Shown: positions 9,998 to 20,184 of the stretch, piece by piece
Position numbering within the stretch: the stretch's first letter is position 1
How the letters are laid out: each line of letters starts with the position of its first letter
DNA from: an uncultured virus (IMG/VR IMGVR_UViG_3300034116_001553)
Taxonomy: Duplodnaviria; Heunggongvirae; Uroviricota; Caudoviricetes
Virus record (IMG/VR): IMGVR_UViG_3300034116_001553
Length of the DNA: 61,562 bases
Direction: 5' to 3' (one strand)
Translations under genes and position numbers: made by a program
The notes under the pieces: generated by a model
Database searches by the model: none
Seen by the model: only the letters and a program-made list of their open reading frames with translations
What the model was told of the DNA's origin: nothing

Positions 9998-11091
9998 TTA
10001 ACTATATCAATCAGTTGATCTGCAATGTATTCCACTTCTAAGTCTGTCAGCTCAGGGTATATGGGTAAACTCAATACTCGTCTGGCCAATGCACTGGCTT
10101 TAGAAAACATTCCAGGGCCGACAATTGATTCATATAATGGAATTTCGTGTAACGGAAGTTCGTAGTGTACTTTTGTTTCAATTTTTCTAAGCATTAGTTC
10201 TTTTTTAACTTCGTTTCGACTGTCTATGTCAACAACAAACTTGTGATTACAATGATCGACATAATTTGATTTGTCAGTTAATGTTCTAATGTTTTGTTTT
10301 GAAAAATGTTCAATCCAATATCCTGCAATTTTACTTCTACGCTGTTGCCATTGATCAATGTATTTTGTTTTAACCATCATTGTTGCACAATCAACTTCAC
10401 TCATACGACTATTGCTGCCAGTCATGGTATGTCCAGGTTTTCCATTGTCTCTCCACCCCAGCGCATATTCGTGTAACTTTGGGTCGTCCGTGATTACTGC
10501 ACCACCATTGCCGTAACAACTTAGATTTTTCATTGGATCAAAACTAATAGCTGCCGCATGACCTTTTCGTCGACCACGGTCACTTAGCCAATGTTGTGCG
10601 GCATCCTCAATTATGATATTTGCCATAAGTTCCCAACCGTTGCGTATAGGTGCACCGTACAGTCCAACTAACACAATAGCATTGTAATTAACTAATTCAG
10701 GCATGGCATGATCTCGATCCATTATCCCATATGCATCTGTATCAACAATAGTAACGTCCCATCCTGAGCGCAAAAATGCATTGATGGTAGCTGGATATGT
10801 AATTGCTGGAACTAACACATGGCAACGGCTATCCCAGTCTCTTGTTATGTAGTATTGGGCGATTATTTCTAATGCCTGTGTTCCGCTATGACATGTTATA
10901 GCATATTTGCTATTGTTTTTCTTGGCTAACCATGTTTCAAATTCTTTGGTATAGATTCCATTCATGAGATTACCAGATCGCAATACACGATCTGTGGCAT
11001 CTAGAATTTCTTCTTTGATGTTGTTATACTGTTTTCGGAGCCCAGTAAAGGGAATTGTTAAGCCAGCTGTAGTAATTTTGAAATCCTTCAT
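9994..11091 (-). CDS. DegT/DnrJ/EryC1/StrS aminotransferase
   Basis: HSGTQAL, IIEDAAQ, SFDPMKNLSCYGNGGAV, LSLPIYPEL; start uncertain, overlaps the upstream gene. Confidence 0.9.
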   Translation of the reverse strand: MKDFKITTAGLTIPFTGLRKQYNNIKEEILDATDRVLRSGNLMNGIYTKEFETWLAKKNNSKYAITCHSGTQALEIIAQYYITRDWDSRCHVLVPAITYPATINAFLRSGWDVTIVDTDAYGIMDRDHAMPELVNYNAIVLVGLYGAPIRNGWELMANIIIEDAAQHWLSDRGRRKGHAAAISFDPMKNLSCYGNGGAVITDDPKLHEYALGWRDNGKPGHTMTGSNSRMSEVDCATMMVKTKYIDQWQQRRSKIAGYWIEHFSKQNIRTLTDKSNYVDHCNHKFVVDIDSRNEVKKELMLRKIETKVHYELPLHEIPLYESIVGPGMFSKASALARRVLSLPIYPELTDLEVEYIADQLIDIVK

Positions 11092-11992
11092 GAACATCAA
11101 CTTTGGGATCGTAACCTAACATGGCACGAGCCTGATTAATATTTAACGCACCGCGACTGGGAAAGTCTGCATCTCTATCTCTACACTCGATCTCGCCGCT
11201 GCCTACTATACTTACAATCATTTCTGCCGCTTGCAATAAAGACACAGAGTGTGATTTAGTAATGTTGAATGTGTGATTTTTAGCACCGGGCATGGTGGCC
11301 GCGGCGACAATGCCATCGGCGGCATCGTCAACATAGGTAAAGTCTAGTGTTTCGTTGGCACCGTTTACTTTTAACGTCCCACCACGCATGGCAGTAAGCA
11401 TAAATTTAGCAACCACACGATCTTCCACATCCAAGGGTCCGTACACAGCACTGGGACGAATGATAACAAATTCCATGCCAGTTCGTCGAGCATAGTCTTT
11501 GACCAACCACTCTCCTGCCAGCTTCATAATACCATACTGACCCTGTGGGTTACACACAGCATCTTCTTCGACTTGATCAGTAAAGTCGCCATATACCATT
11601 GAGCTACTAATGTAAACAAATCGACGAACACCATGCTTTTTGGCACTCTCAAGCAGATTGATCAAGCCTTCCATCATAACACGACTGCCATTTGCTGGAT
11701 TGGCATTGACTACTTTTTGTCGGGGGAAACTGGCCATGTGTACAACTACTTCGGGTTGTTGCACCTGCATCACATAATCAACTGTGTCTGCAGTCTCGAT
11801 AGATGCATTATAAAAACCAGGATGGTGGATTTTTTTAATACGCTCTTCCATCAAGTAATCCAACTCACTCTGCGGAATAATTCCGTAGGTTGTTTTGTTA
11901 TCAATGATTGAGGTTGTGTGGTCAAGATTTTGTAATCTTGAGATGACGTTATGACCAATAAGGCCCAACCCACCTGTTACTAATATTTTCAT
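11024..11992 (-). CDS. NAD-dependent nucleotide-sugar epimerase/dehydratase
   Basis: TGGLGLIG, SSSMVYG, YGIMK (YxxxK), DFTYVDD. Confidence 0.9.
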   Translation of the reverse strand: MKILVTGGLGLIGHNVISRLQNLDHTTSIIDNKTTYGIIPQSELDYLMEERIKKIHHPGFYNASIETADTVDYVMQVQQPEVVVHMASFPRQKVVNANPANGSRVMMEGLINLLESAKKHGVRRFVYISSSMVYGDFTDQVEEDAVCNPQGQYGIMKLAGEWLVKDYARRTGMEFVIIRPSAVYGPLDVEDRVVAKFMLTAMRGGTLKVNGANETLDFTYVDDAADGIVAAATMPGAKNHTFNITKSHSVSLLQAAEMIVSIVGSGEIECRDRDADFPSRGALNINQARAMLGYDPKVDVHEGFQNYYSWLNNSLYWAPKTV

Positions 11993-12003
11993 TTTATATT
12001 GCC

Positions 12004-12954
12004 TTATTGTAATTTCTTTTTCAGATAAAAGCTACCTACAAATATAGCTAACATTGTACATAGAGTTACTACTGCAGGAACAACCAATGGAAGATTTTTA
12101 CTCATGAAGTAAAAATAGTTTACACCATTCATAGCAAGCACAGTCCATAACATTGTTTCTTTCTTGACCCACCCTAATAAAATATTACCAAATGGTGCAA
12201 AAAATAACACCACAGGTGCCGCTGCCAACCACATGTAATATACTTCAGGCTGTACATCATCAAGCACTAATCCTCTGTAGGCAATACCAAACACAGTAAC
12301 AACTGCCATGAGAACAATACTGATGTCAGTGCTGATTTTCTCCTTCATGCCATAATAACATGTAAGAGCAATATAAATCAACATGTCAGATCCTGTGCCA
12401 AACATAGCACTAGCACATCCACCAATAAATGACCAAATACTAAAACTTAACAATCGTTCTTTGCTGTCTATGTCTACACTATCTTGATCACTGGTATTGC
12501 GTGTTACCAAATATGCTACAATAAACGAAAGCGCCATACTCACAAACAGCATCTGAACTACTTTGAACGCAATTAAATGATAAAGGCTAGACATAAAGAT
12601 AAATCCAGCAAAGTTAACTAGTGCATAAAAAGGAACCCATTTGAAAGTTGATAGACTATGACCTTTTCTAGTTAGAATCCAAATAGCCGCAGACACCATG
12701 CCGATACTTTGTATAGCCAGACTAAAGTCTCTAGCTGCCATAGGAGTAATTTTAAAATATAGACTCAAGATTGGAAAAGCAACTGCACCACCGCCTTCAG
12801 GTGTAAACCCTGCAATGGCCGAACCAAACACCATCATTAACGCATACAACCAGTGCGTGTCATACAACACAAATCCAGGTCCAGTCAAGATCAAGTATAA
12901 CCATGAGATTAGTACTGCGCCTGCCCAAACGGGCCAAATTATTTGTTTATTCAT
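12004..12954 (-). CDS. TauE/SafE (sulfite exporter) family membrane protein
   Basis: Multi-TM; AGFTPEGGGAVAFP and SAMFGTGSD repeats. Confidence 0.7.
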   Translation of the reverse strand: MNKQIIWPVWAGAVLISWLYLILTGPGFVLYDTHWLYALMMVFGSAIAGFTPEGGGAVAFPILSLYFKITPMAARDFSLAIQSIGMVSAAIWILTRKGHSLSTFKWVPFYALVNFAGFIFMSSLYHLIAFKVVQMLFVSMALSFIVAYLVTRNTSDQDSVDIDSKERLLSFSIWSFIGGCASAMFGTGSDMLIYIALTCYYGMKEKISTDISIVLMAVVTVFGIAYRGLVLDDVQPEVYYMWLAAAPVVLFFAPFGNILLGWVKKETMLWTVLAMNGVNYFYFMSKNLPLVVPAVVTLCTMLAIFVGSFYLKKKLQ

Positions 12955-13195
12955 TTTTTTCTTTTATCCAAAGTTCGTAGTAAGGGTCAAATCTCCAGTC
13001 CTGCGGCGGATCAAGCGGATCAAACTTCCAGGGATGTGTTTCTGGAGTTTCTGCAGGTATTGGAAATCTTTTTTGATAGCTAGAAAGAATATAGTCTCGA
13101 ATCTGCTGATTACTGTATTGATCAGCGTACATTCCATCCACCAAAGGCTCAGGACTTTCAATTGATTTGAAAAACCTAAAGATATTTATCCCCAT
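12947..13195 (-). CDS. Hypothetical protein
   Basis: ORF in the gene chain; start chosen at MGINI. Confidence 0.55.
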   Translation of the reverse strand: MGINIFRFFKSIESPEPLVDGMYADQYSNQQIRDYILSSYQKRFPIPAETPETHPWKFDPLDPPQDWRFDPYYELWIKEKNE

Positions 13196-13509
13196 TTGAG
13201 TTTCCAAAAAGTTTGATCTTGTTCACTTAGTCTTGCCATTATACGATACAAGTGCCCATAACTAGAAATATCTGCTTGACGAGTCCAGTAAGGTTTCTCC
13301 ACAGCATGTTCCATGATGAACTTGCCGGCATCAGATTCCTGCCACTCATATATAGGTTGTGCCACATACAAATCAGGATCGTCTACGTCTCCCATACGGA
13401 TCTGGTGTACACACACATCACGGAACGTTACTGCTCGGTCCCCAATGATCTCGGTACGTTCGGGTTGCCATTGCTTGTATTCGTCTGGATAAGTGCTTGT
13501 TATTGCCAT
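13186..13509 (-). CDS. Hypothetical protein
   Basis: ORF directly behind a TTGCAA-18-TATAAT promoter (13515-13544); probably leaderless. Confidence 0.65.
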   Translation of the reverse strand: MAITSTYPDEYKQWQPERTEIIGDRAVTFRDVCVHQIRMGDVDDPDLYVAQPIYEWQESDAGKFIMEHAVEKPYWTRQADISSYGHLYRIMARLSEQDQTFWKLKWG

Positions 13510-13530
13510 ATGCTATTATAGCACAAAGAT

Positions 13531-14505
13531 TTAGTTATTTGCAATTAAATTGGTGTTATATAATTTTAAATAAAGTTCTGCGTAATGTTGATGTTGTAAC
13601 GGTCCTGGATGAGCATTATCGCTACCAAAATCTAAAAAGTCATACTGATATTGAAGTTGAACAAATTCAGGTATGTTATAATGCTTATATATACTCAGTG
13701 GATCAAACATCAATCCAACTGCCACTAACTTTGCACCTGCTTTTTGGCAAAAATTACTAGCCCTTCTAACAGCAAGAACGTTCTGCCAATACAACGTAGG
13801 ATTATCAATCAAGTTAATAGGAAAAGCATTGTTGAGTGTTGGAATGAGTTCATATCTGGAACGGTTTAAATGCAAAATTGTTTTGTCGGCGGTAACCACT
13901 GGCATTCTATTTTGTGTAGTTATCCCCCAAAAGACAATATCACCGGGACGTAGGTCAGATCTTGAAATCTGATCACTTTGCCATATAATACTACTACCGG
14001 GTAGTGTTAAATCACTATATGGTAAGTTTAATTTTTGTGAAACTAGATGTTTCCATGTTTGTAATTGTGTTACACCAACTCCGTAGGATATACTGCATCC
14101 TACTGCCCAAAATTGCTTACTGGCTACTCTTTGATCTTGCAGAAAATCTGCGGCCAAAAAATCATATGGCGTAGATAACTTACCAGCATTATCGACCTTT
14201 CCACTTTGTGCGTGAAAAAGTAAGATTGTATGCAGGGATTCTCTTTGCTTGCTGAAATGATCTTTTGTTTCGTCACTCCAGACGCCATTGGGCGGCCGAT
14301 AAAATATCTTATCAGCCTTGCGGCAAACTTTATCAAGTTCTTTTAAATTACCCATATCGGCTGCCGACGTATAGACAGTTGCACCGATTGGATTGTTTAT
14401 GAAAGAATCTATATTCTCAAATGTTAGTAAGTATGCTGTAGGATCAAAATTTTTAGCCTCTGTGGCTAACTCCTCAAACACATCACCAACAAATAAGTTA
14501 AACAT
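13531..14505 (-). CDS. SGNH/GDSL-like hydrolase/acyltransferase-like protein
   Basis: AVGCSISYG, PGSS, DNAHPG. Confidence 0.5.
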   Translation of the reverse strand: MFNLFVGDVFEELATEAKNFDPTAYLLTFENIDSFINNPIGATVYTSAADMGNLKELDKVCRKADKIFYRPPNGVWSDETKDHFSKQRESLHTILLFHAQSGKVDNAGKLSTPYDFLAADFLQDQRVASKQFWAVGCSISYGVGVTQLQTWKHLVSQKLNLPYSDLTLPGSSIIWQSDQISRSDLRPGDIVFWGITTQNRMPVVTADKTILHLNRSRYELIPTLNNAFPINLIDNPTLYWQNVLAVRRASNFCQKAGAKLVAVGLMFDPLSIYKHYNIPEFVQLQYQYDFLDFGSDNAHPGPLQHQHYAELYLKLYNTNLIANN

Positions 14506-15169
14506 TTTTTACTAAATCATCCGCCATTGGGAAGATTGCTGTGATGGCTTGAGCACAAGCTCTTGCAATTTCTTGATGTTCTTTTTGTGTGCCGTTGGCT
14601 GAACGCAATTCAATAAAGTGAATCCATGAGCGCAAGGTACCATTCATGTACAAGCGACTTTCAATTAGTCCTTCGGGTAACACAGCTCGGGCTTGTTCTT
14701 TGGCTATGCCGTTTTTAATAGCCCATTCGTATTCACGTTGGGCCGCATAGATAACTCGTTGTTGCGCACGAAACCATTCATTTTGCAACAAGGTGTCTTC
14801 GGTTTCTATGCTGTTTTGTCTATTCTTTGTGTCTTGGAGTCGTGCTTCTCTATGTACGAAGTTAAGATCCTTTGTTGGATCAGCGTAACGCTGGGAGAAT
14901 TCTTGAAAACTAAAACTTCTGTGTCGCAAGATTTGTCTTGCAATGTCTCTTGTTGTGGTGATTTCCATGCAGGCTGACACCATTTCGAGTGGGCTCCAGT
15001 GTTGGTGCTTGACCAAGTATCGGATGAGTTTTTCTGATGTATCTGTGTTGAGCTGATTGGAGGGATTGCTGACACGGGCGCAATACGCAATGAGTTCTTG
15101 CGCATCTGCAATGCCCATATCTGCAAATCTCTCTGTTGGCTGTGAATAGGATAATAGTTGAACATCCAT
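14498..15169 (-). CDS. thyX: FAD-dependent thymidylate synthase
   Basis: HWSPLE, RQILRHRSFSFQEFSQRY signature, EQARAVLP. Confidence 0.96.
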   Translation of the reverse strand: MDVQLLSYSQPTERFADMGIADAQELIAYCARVSNPSNQLNTDTSEKLIRYLVKHQHWSPLEMVSACMEITTTRDIARQILRHRSFSFQEFSQRYADPTKDLNFVHREARLQDTKNRQNSIETEDTLLQNEWFRAQQRVIYAAQREYEWAIKNGIAKEQARAVLPEGLIESRLYMNGTLRSWIHFIELRSANGTQKEHQEIARACAQAITAIFPMADDLVKNV

Positions 15170-15174
15170 GATAT

Positions 15175-15477
15175 TTATAAGTTGCCTAATAGTTTATCTG
15201 TTTCGGGTTGAAGAATATCAGCCACAGCCTCAATGTCAAGAATAAAATCCATGTTAACAATGTCATCTTGGTTTTCTTGAATAAAACGTTCAACAACTAC
15301 ATGAATATCATCAATGTTAAGGCCTTGCTTTTTTAACGTTTGAAAGTTGATGGTTTTTTGCTTTTTATCAACAAGTTTAAAAACCATTTTCTTAACACAC
15401 TCAAGAGGAATATGATTTAAATCAACATCATTGATAATCGCCTCCCACTTTTTTAAAAAGTCCTCACCTCGTTGCAT
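15175..15477 (-). CDS. Hypothetical protein
   Basis: ORF in the gene chain. Confidence 0.6.
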   Translation of the reverse strand: MQRGEDFLKKWEAIINDVDLNHIPLECVKKMVFKLVDKKQKTINFQTLKKQGLNIDDIHVVVERFIQENQDDIVNMDFILDIEAVADILQPETDKLLGNL

Positions 15478-16156
15478 CCGCTACCGCCTTTTTTGTTCTA
15501 GTGCGTTTGGTGGTAGTTTTAGTTTGTGGTACTCCTGACATTTGTGCGGCTTCAGACTTTAATCTGGCACTCTCAGCCAATAAGCCTTGTGCTTCCCTTT
15601 CCATGCGATCTGCTTGAGCCAATCGATCACGGGCAAGTTGTACATCGTCTAGTGCTAGTGCGGCATCAGATCCTGCAACATTTGATCCTCGTTGTAGGTT
15701 TGATCCTGAGCCAACTTCACGACCAAAGTCGTCTCGGCGATTTACTTTTCCAGTCATTCCACGATTTTTGTCAAGGTCGGCCATTTCACGAATAGCACTT
15801 TCTCCCAACCTCATCTTACGAATGATGCCATTCATTTCTTCAAGATTGACATGGCTAGATGCACTAGCAGTAACAGTGACCTGTTTTGCCTGCACCTTTT
15901 TAATCATGCCTTCTGCATGTAAAGTTTGTAGCATGGGACGACCATCAGAAAACAATGTACGGAATAATGCATCCCCAAGATTTTCTGCTGACTGACCCTC
16001 TGGTGATTCTAATGTACGCATGATAGAATCATGTAAATGTACTGCCAGGGTGTCTGGGTAGACAACCAACGCCATGTGCTCTTCTCCTGGCACTTCTCGA
16101 AATACAATAGCAACCTTACGGTCACCGTGTTTACCAATATGTTTGATCATATTCAT
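15464..16156 (-). CDS. Hypothetical protein (coiled-coil, basic C-terminus)
   Basis: 230-aa ORF. Confidence 0.65.
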   Translation of the reverse strand: MNMIKHIGKHGDRKVAIVFREVPGEEHMALVVYPDTLAVHLHDSIMRTLESPEGQSAENLGDALFRTLFSDGRPMLQTLHAEGMIKKVQAKQVTVTASASSHVNLEEMNGIIRKMRLGESAIREMADLDKNRGMTGKVNRRDDFGREVGSGSNLQRGSNVAGSDAALALDDVQLARDRLAQADRMEREAQGLLAESARLKSEAAQMSGVPQTKTTTKRTRTKKAVADATR

Positions 16157-16356
16157 TCTCCTTTGTTGTTTTCTTCGGCAATTGATGCCTCTGCACGTGA
16201 TATAACTGAGTTTACAAAAATAGTAAGTTTGTCATATACGTCACCAATTGATTTCATCTCGTCGGCTCTAAAAGCGCCTCGGCTACAAGCCAAATCTATG
16301 ATGTTCTTTATCACAATAAGATCTGTGATTTTAATTTGATTGTCGGTATCATCCAT
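16153..16356 (-). CDS. Hypothetical protein
   Basis: Short ORF after TAAATA motif. Confidence 0.6.
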   Translation of the reverse strand: MDDTDNQIKITDLIVIKNIIDLACSRGAFRADEMKSIGDVYDKLTIFVNSVISRAEASIAEENNKGE

Positions 16357-16373
16357 ACTGATATTTACTGAAT

Positions 16374-16407
16374 AAAAAACCCGGAAGAATAAAATCCTCC
16401 GGGTTTA
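16374..16407 (-). terminator. Intrinsic terminator
   Basis: CCCGGAGGA/TCTTCCGGG stem plus T-run. Confidence 0.7.
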
Positions 16408-16425
16408 TTACGGGTTTTGGACAAA

Positions 16426-17718
16426 TTAGTCTTGGTCGCCTTCACCGTACAATGCCCAAACACCAAATGGTGGTTCAGGATTGCGGTCACCGTGTATGAT
16501 CCATAGCGTGTCACAGTAATTGGGATCGCCCCAGCTACCAAACGGATAGCCGTCTGTGAATACCACAAGTTTTTTAGGCTCAATTTCGGCACCCTTGAGG
16601 TACTTAAAAATAGCGCCAAATTCTGTACCACCACCACCTTGGATGTTGTATTCTGTGATATCTTCCAAGTTGTCGCTGTCATACTGTTGTGGGTTGTATG
16701 TGTCTGTGTCAAATGTAAACACATGAATACGATACGAGTCAAACGATTCCATAATGCCTTGAATCTCACTTAGGAAGTCTTTGCATTGTTCTGTACTAAT
16801 TGAACCCGACGTGTCAATGGCCACAGCAATGTCAATGGCGTCATTGGTCTTCATGCCAGGCATTACAGCATCCATGTCCCAACCTTTGCGGCTGGTACGC
16901 ATCCAGGAGTAGTCACTTTTGATAGTGCTTTCTAATTGCATACGAAGCATCTCACGCCAGTCCATCACAGGCTCTGTCAATTCTTGAAGCATGCGTTTGA
17001 CACCTGCGGGTAAATTGCCAGCATCGCAGGTTTGTGCGGCGCTTAAAACAGCAGACTTGATCTCGTCACGAATGCGATCTTTTTCTTCTTGCGAAAGCTT
17101 TGGTCGTCCTTTGCCTTCTTTGTCGCCATCACCATCGTCATCGCCACTGCCGTCACTTTCATCATCGCCATCCATGTGTTCATCGAGCATTTTGTCAATG
17201 AGCTGATCTATATTGAGTTTTTCTGCGTTTTCGTACAAGATATCATAGATCTCTTCCGAACTTTTACCTTCATATTTTTGATCATACAAACATGGTACGC
17301 TGGTGATGAATTCACCTACTTTGTGTTTCTTTAAGTCTGCATTAACACAATAATCGTTTGCAATATTCCAAAGTTGATGATCTCTGTTGCCTTTACGTCC
17401 AAAGTGATCGTAGACACAATGTAGTACTTCGTGTCCAAACAAGAACTCAATTTCTTTAGGTTTCAAAAGTTTAATAAAGCGACTATTATAGTAGAAGTTG
17501 CGGCCATCTGTGGCGGCAGTACTACACCACTCATCGGCATTGATAAGTTTTAAACGAGTTGCCAGGTTGCCAAAGAAACTGGTCCGGAGCAACATGCCAA
17601 CTCTTGCAGTAACAAGTAATTCACGAACTTCTCTATCCAATTTAGGATCTGTCGGTCCAATTAGATTTTTAAACTTCTTAGAAAGTTCTTTTTTGTTTTC
17701 GGTAGTTGCAGTACTCAT
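16426..17718 (-). CDS. DUF2201-type metallopeptidase + VWA-like domain protein
   Basis: TAATDG, HEVLH, DTSGS MIDAS, GGGGTEF, VFTDG. Confidence 0.88.
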   Translation of the reverse strand: MSTATTENKKELSKKFKNLIGPTDPKLDREVRELLVTARVGMLLRTSFFGNLATRLKLINADEWCSTAATDGRNFYYNSRFIKLLKPKEIEFLFGHEVLHCVYDHFGRKGNRDHQLWNIANDYCVNADLKKHKVGEFITSVPCLYDQKYEGKSSEEIYDILYENAEKLNIDQLIDKMLDEHMDGDDESDGSGDDDGDGDKEGKGRPKLSQEEKDRIRDEIKSAVLSAAQTCDAGNLPAGVKRMLQELTEPVMDWREMLRMQLESTIKSDYSWMRTSRKGWDMDAVMPGMKTNDAIDIAVAIDTSGSISTEQCKDFLSEIQGIMESFDSYRIHVFTFDTDTYNPQQYDSDNLEDITEYNIQGGGGTEFGAIFKYLKGAEIEPKKLVVFTDGYPFGSWGDPNYCDTLWIIHGDRNPEPPFGVWALYGEGDQD

Positions 17719-17744
17719 TTAGGCTCCTTGTTTAACTATACTGT

Positions 17745-17773
17745 ATTATAGCAATTATTGATTTATTGGTCAA
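17745..17773 (-). promoter_or_regulatory. Sigma70-type promoter
   Basis: TTGACC-17-TATAAT. Confidence 0.8.
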
Positions 17774-18134
17774 CTGTATGTGCCAGTTGAAAATAGGCCA
17801 GTTCTTTGTCTGTGGCCAGGTAAATTCTCAAATCATTGTAGCAATTGGTCCAGGACCAGTGCGGATTACATTCTACAGGTAGGTCTTTGGAGTTTGGTTT
17901 AACCCAACCACCTTTGACTGCCATCATTGGTACTTTGGTTACTAACCAACTGTGAATCTCTTCATATTGCCTAACTTCGGCACTCCAGCCATATGCTTCT
18001 GTTAGAAATTGCAATGCTTGATTGTAGGCCAACGGCCCTTCTCCGTTGCTCATGCGCTGACTAAATCCAACGTAGTATTCAAACCAACTACGGTATCTAT
18101 AGCGGCCGTCTAATTTGTATATATTGTATTTCAT
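17763..18134 (-). CDS. Hypothetical protein
   Basis: 123-aa ORF. Confidence 0.6.
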   Translation of the reverse strand: MKYNIYKLDGRYRYRSWFEYYVGFSQRMSNGEGPLAYNQALQFLTEAYGWSAEVRQYEEIHSWLVTKVPMMAVKGGWVKPNSKDLPVECNPHWSWTNCYNDLRIYLATDKELAYFQLAHTVDQ

Positions 18135-18367
18135 CTTAGATATTTAAGGCCAAATAAAGTAGCATCGTGTGGATCTCTAAAAATAAAATCCACAGTCCAT
18201 GTATCAACTTGAGTATCCATATTTAGGATTGGGCTTTGGTAGTACCAACGACTTTTATCTCTGCCAAAATCTTGGTAGACTTTTTTGAGAAAAGTCTGGA
18301 CCTGGTGGTGACTGTACGGATCAAAACTAATCCGTACAGTAGCATAAGAGGGAGTCTGTTCATGCAT
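18131..18367 (-). CDS. Hypothetical protein
   Basis: Start reassigned to MHEQTP (18367). Confidence 0.55.
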   Translation of the reverse strand: MHEQTPSYATVRISFDPYSHHQVQTFLKKVYQDFGRDKSRWYYQSPILNMDTQVDTWTVDFIFRDPHDATLFGLKYLR

Positions 18368-18410
18368 AGCCCTATGCCTTCGTTTAGGAAGTTGAACAGA
18401 CTCCAAACAC

Positions 18411-19511
18411 TTAGCCGTTAGCCTGCAAGATGTACTTGCCGTAACGTTGATGAAACTCGTCAAAGTTCTTGAGCTTGGTAGGCATGAACGGCAAGTTGTA
18501 TGTGGTAAGCGCAATTCTAGCACCCATAACAACCAACTCTGTTTCAAAGTTTTTCATCATGTAGCCAATAAAGTTGTCTGCCATTTCATGGAACTTCTTG
18601 TCATCGACCTTGGCCTCAACAGCATCTTTAAGTTCGTAGCACATTGACACTACCAACGAATACATGGCACTTACTTCTTTGACTTTTAGTTCTGTCTCTT
18701 TGCCACGCAAGATATCTTCCGGCTTGGGCAGTTTACTAGCAATCTTGCGATGAGCCATAAACTTAACAGCAAGTCCTTCACCAACACTACCTGCAATTAA
18801 GTCTGTAAGTGTGGTGTCGTCTGTGTCCTCGTCTGCCAACAGTTCGCTAACAAAGGTCCACGAACGTGGTGTAGCAAAGGCACGGCTGGAGCTCTTGGCA
18901 TCAAAGTCGTACAAGTCTTGTTTGGCAAATGTAATGTAGCCAACAACGTCTTTGTGGATTTGATTGCGAACAGCCCAGTCTTGCCAGCTTGAAAAGTCCA
19001 CACGCATCTCCACGTGAACAAAACGGTTTGCCAATGGAGTAGGCATACGATATGTAACACCTTTGTCGCTTTCACGATTACCTGCGGCAATCATTACAAC
19101 ATTGTCGGGCAATTTATATTTGCCGATACGACGATTCAAAACAAGTTGGTAAGCCGCGGCCTGTACAGCAGGAGCCGCCGAGTTCATTTCATCCATGAAC
19201 AAAACCACAACTGGATACTTACTGGCCAACTCTTCATCGGGCAAGTCAATGGGCGGTGCCCAATCCATCTTACCAAGTTCTTTGTTATAGAACGGAATAC
19301 CTCGAATATCTGTAGGATCCATTTGACCCAAGCGAAGGTCGATCATAAAGCCGCCGAGATCCTTGGTAATCTCTGCAACAACGTCGGACTTGCCAATGCC
19401 GGGAGGACCCCACAAGAACAAGGGACGTTTTTTAGCAAAACATTTTTTAATTGCACGACGAGCACCTTCTGAGGTAACTGTACGGTGATCTGATGCTGAT
19501 ACTTTTGGCAT
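18411..19511 (-). CDS. MoxR-family AAA+ ATPase
   Basis: GPPGIGKS Walker A, LFMDE Walker B, AAGN, PLANRF. Confidence 0.92.
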   Translation of the reverse strand: MPKVSASDHRTVTSEGARRAIKKCFAKKRPLFLWGPPGIGKSDVVAEITKDLGGFMIDLRLGQMDPTDIRGIPFYNKELGKMDWAPPIDLPDEELASKYPVVVLFMDEMNSAAPAVQAAAYQLVLNRRIGKYKLPDNVVMIAAGNRESDKGVTYRMPTPLANRFVHVEMRVDFSSWQDWAVRNQIHKDVVGYITFAKQDLYDFDAKSSSRAFATPRSWTFVSELLADEDTDDTTLTDLIAGSVGEGLAVKFMAHRKIASKLPKPEDILRGKETELKVKEVSAMYSLVVSMCYELKDAVEAKVDDKKFHEMADNFIGYMMKNFETELVVMGARIALTTYNLPFMPTKLKNFDEFHQRYGKYILQANG

Positions 19512-19547
19512 AGGGCTATTTCTTTCTTAAGTTGTTACAATACTAAT

Positions 19548-19576
19548 ATTATACAAAAATCTGTTTTACTGGTCAA
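19548..19576 (-). promoter_or_regulatory. Sigma70-type promoter
   Basis: TTGACC-17-TATAAT. Confidence 0.8.
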
Positions 19577-20004
19577 CTGTTTTCTGCAAGTTCTTCTTCT
19601 TCATTGTCCCAGTCTGAGTCACTAGAGGTTTCAATTTCTATATGACCAAACTTGAGCAACCCGGCATCTGCAGAAACTTCAAACGGGTATTCAAATTCAA
19701 CGAATGCACCAAGTTCCTGCAAAAATTCTTGTGAGTATTCCTCATCTTGGATGTCTTCGATACGAATGCAACCAATACTGCCCGAATCCACTGAGTGACT
19801 AGTTCGCATATTGGAACCGTAAGTACCGTCACCGTATGCAGTACCAAAACTGGCAAAGCGTCGACCATCTTTTAGTGTAAACTCACCTTCTACACCCCGC
19901 CCTGGTGATCCAGGCGGAAAGAACAAACCAACACATTCGTCCCAGGCATCGTGCATGACATAGCACAGATCACCAACGTAATATTTTCCTGCGGGCATTG
20001 TCAT
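19573..20004 (-). CDS. Hypothetical phage protein
   Basis: YYVGDLCYV..TAYGDG..VDSGSIGC; AAGGA SD. Confidence 0.7.
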   Translation of the reverse strand: MTMPAGKYYVGDLCYVMHDAWDECVGLFFPPGSPGRGVEGEFTLKDGRRFASFGTAYGDGTYGSNMRTSHSVDSGSIGCIRIEDIQDEEYSQEFLQELGAFVEFEYPFEVSADAGLLKFGHIEIETSSDSDWDNEEEELAENS

Positions 20005-20013
20005 ACCAATTCC

Positions 20014-20181
20014 TTAAGAGTTAACAGTTTGATAAGGGCTAAGTTCCTCGGCGCTGTCAGAGTCAGAAGCTTCATAAACCCATGTAATCGGCACTTCTAA
20101 AATTCTTGCCACTGTCACAGGCAGGTAGCCTTCTTCGAGCAAGTCATTGATCTCGATTGATAATTCTGCCATTCTACTCAT
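20014..20181 (-). CDS. Small hypothetical protein (55 aa)
   Basis: MSRMAELSIEINDLLEEGYLP...; fills the gap, not in the ORF track. Confidence 0.55.
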   Translation of the reverse strand: MSRMAELSIEINDLLEEGYLPVTVARILEVPITWVYEASDSDSAEELSPYQTVNS

Positions 20182-20184
20182 AGT

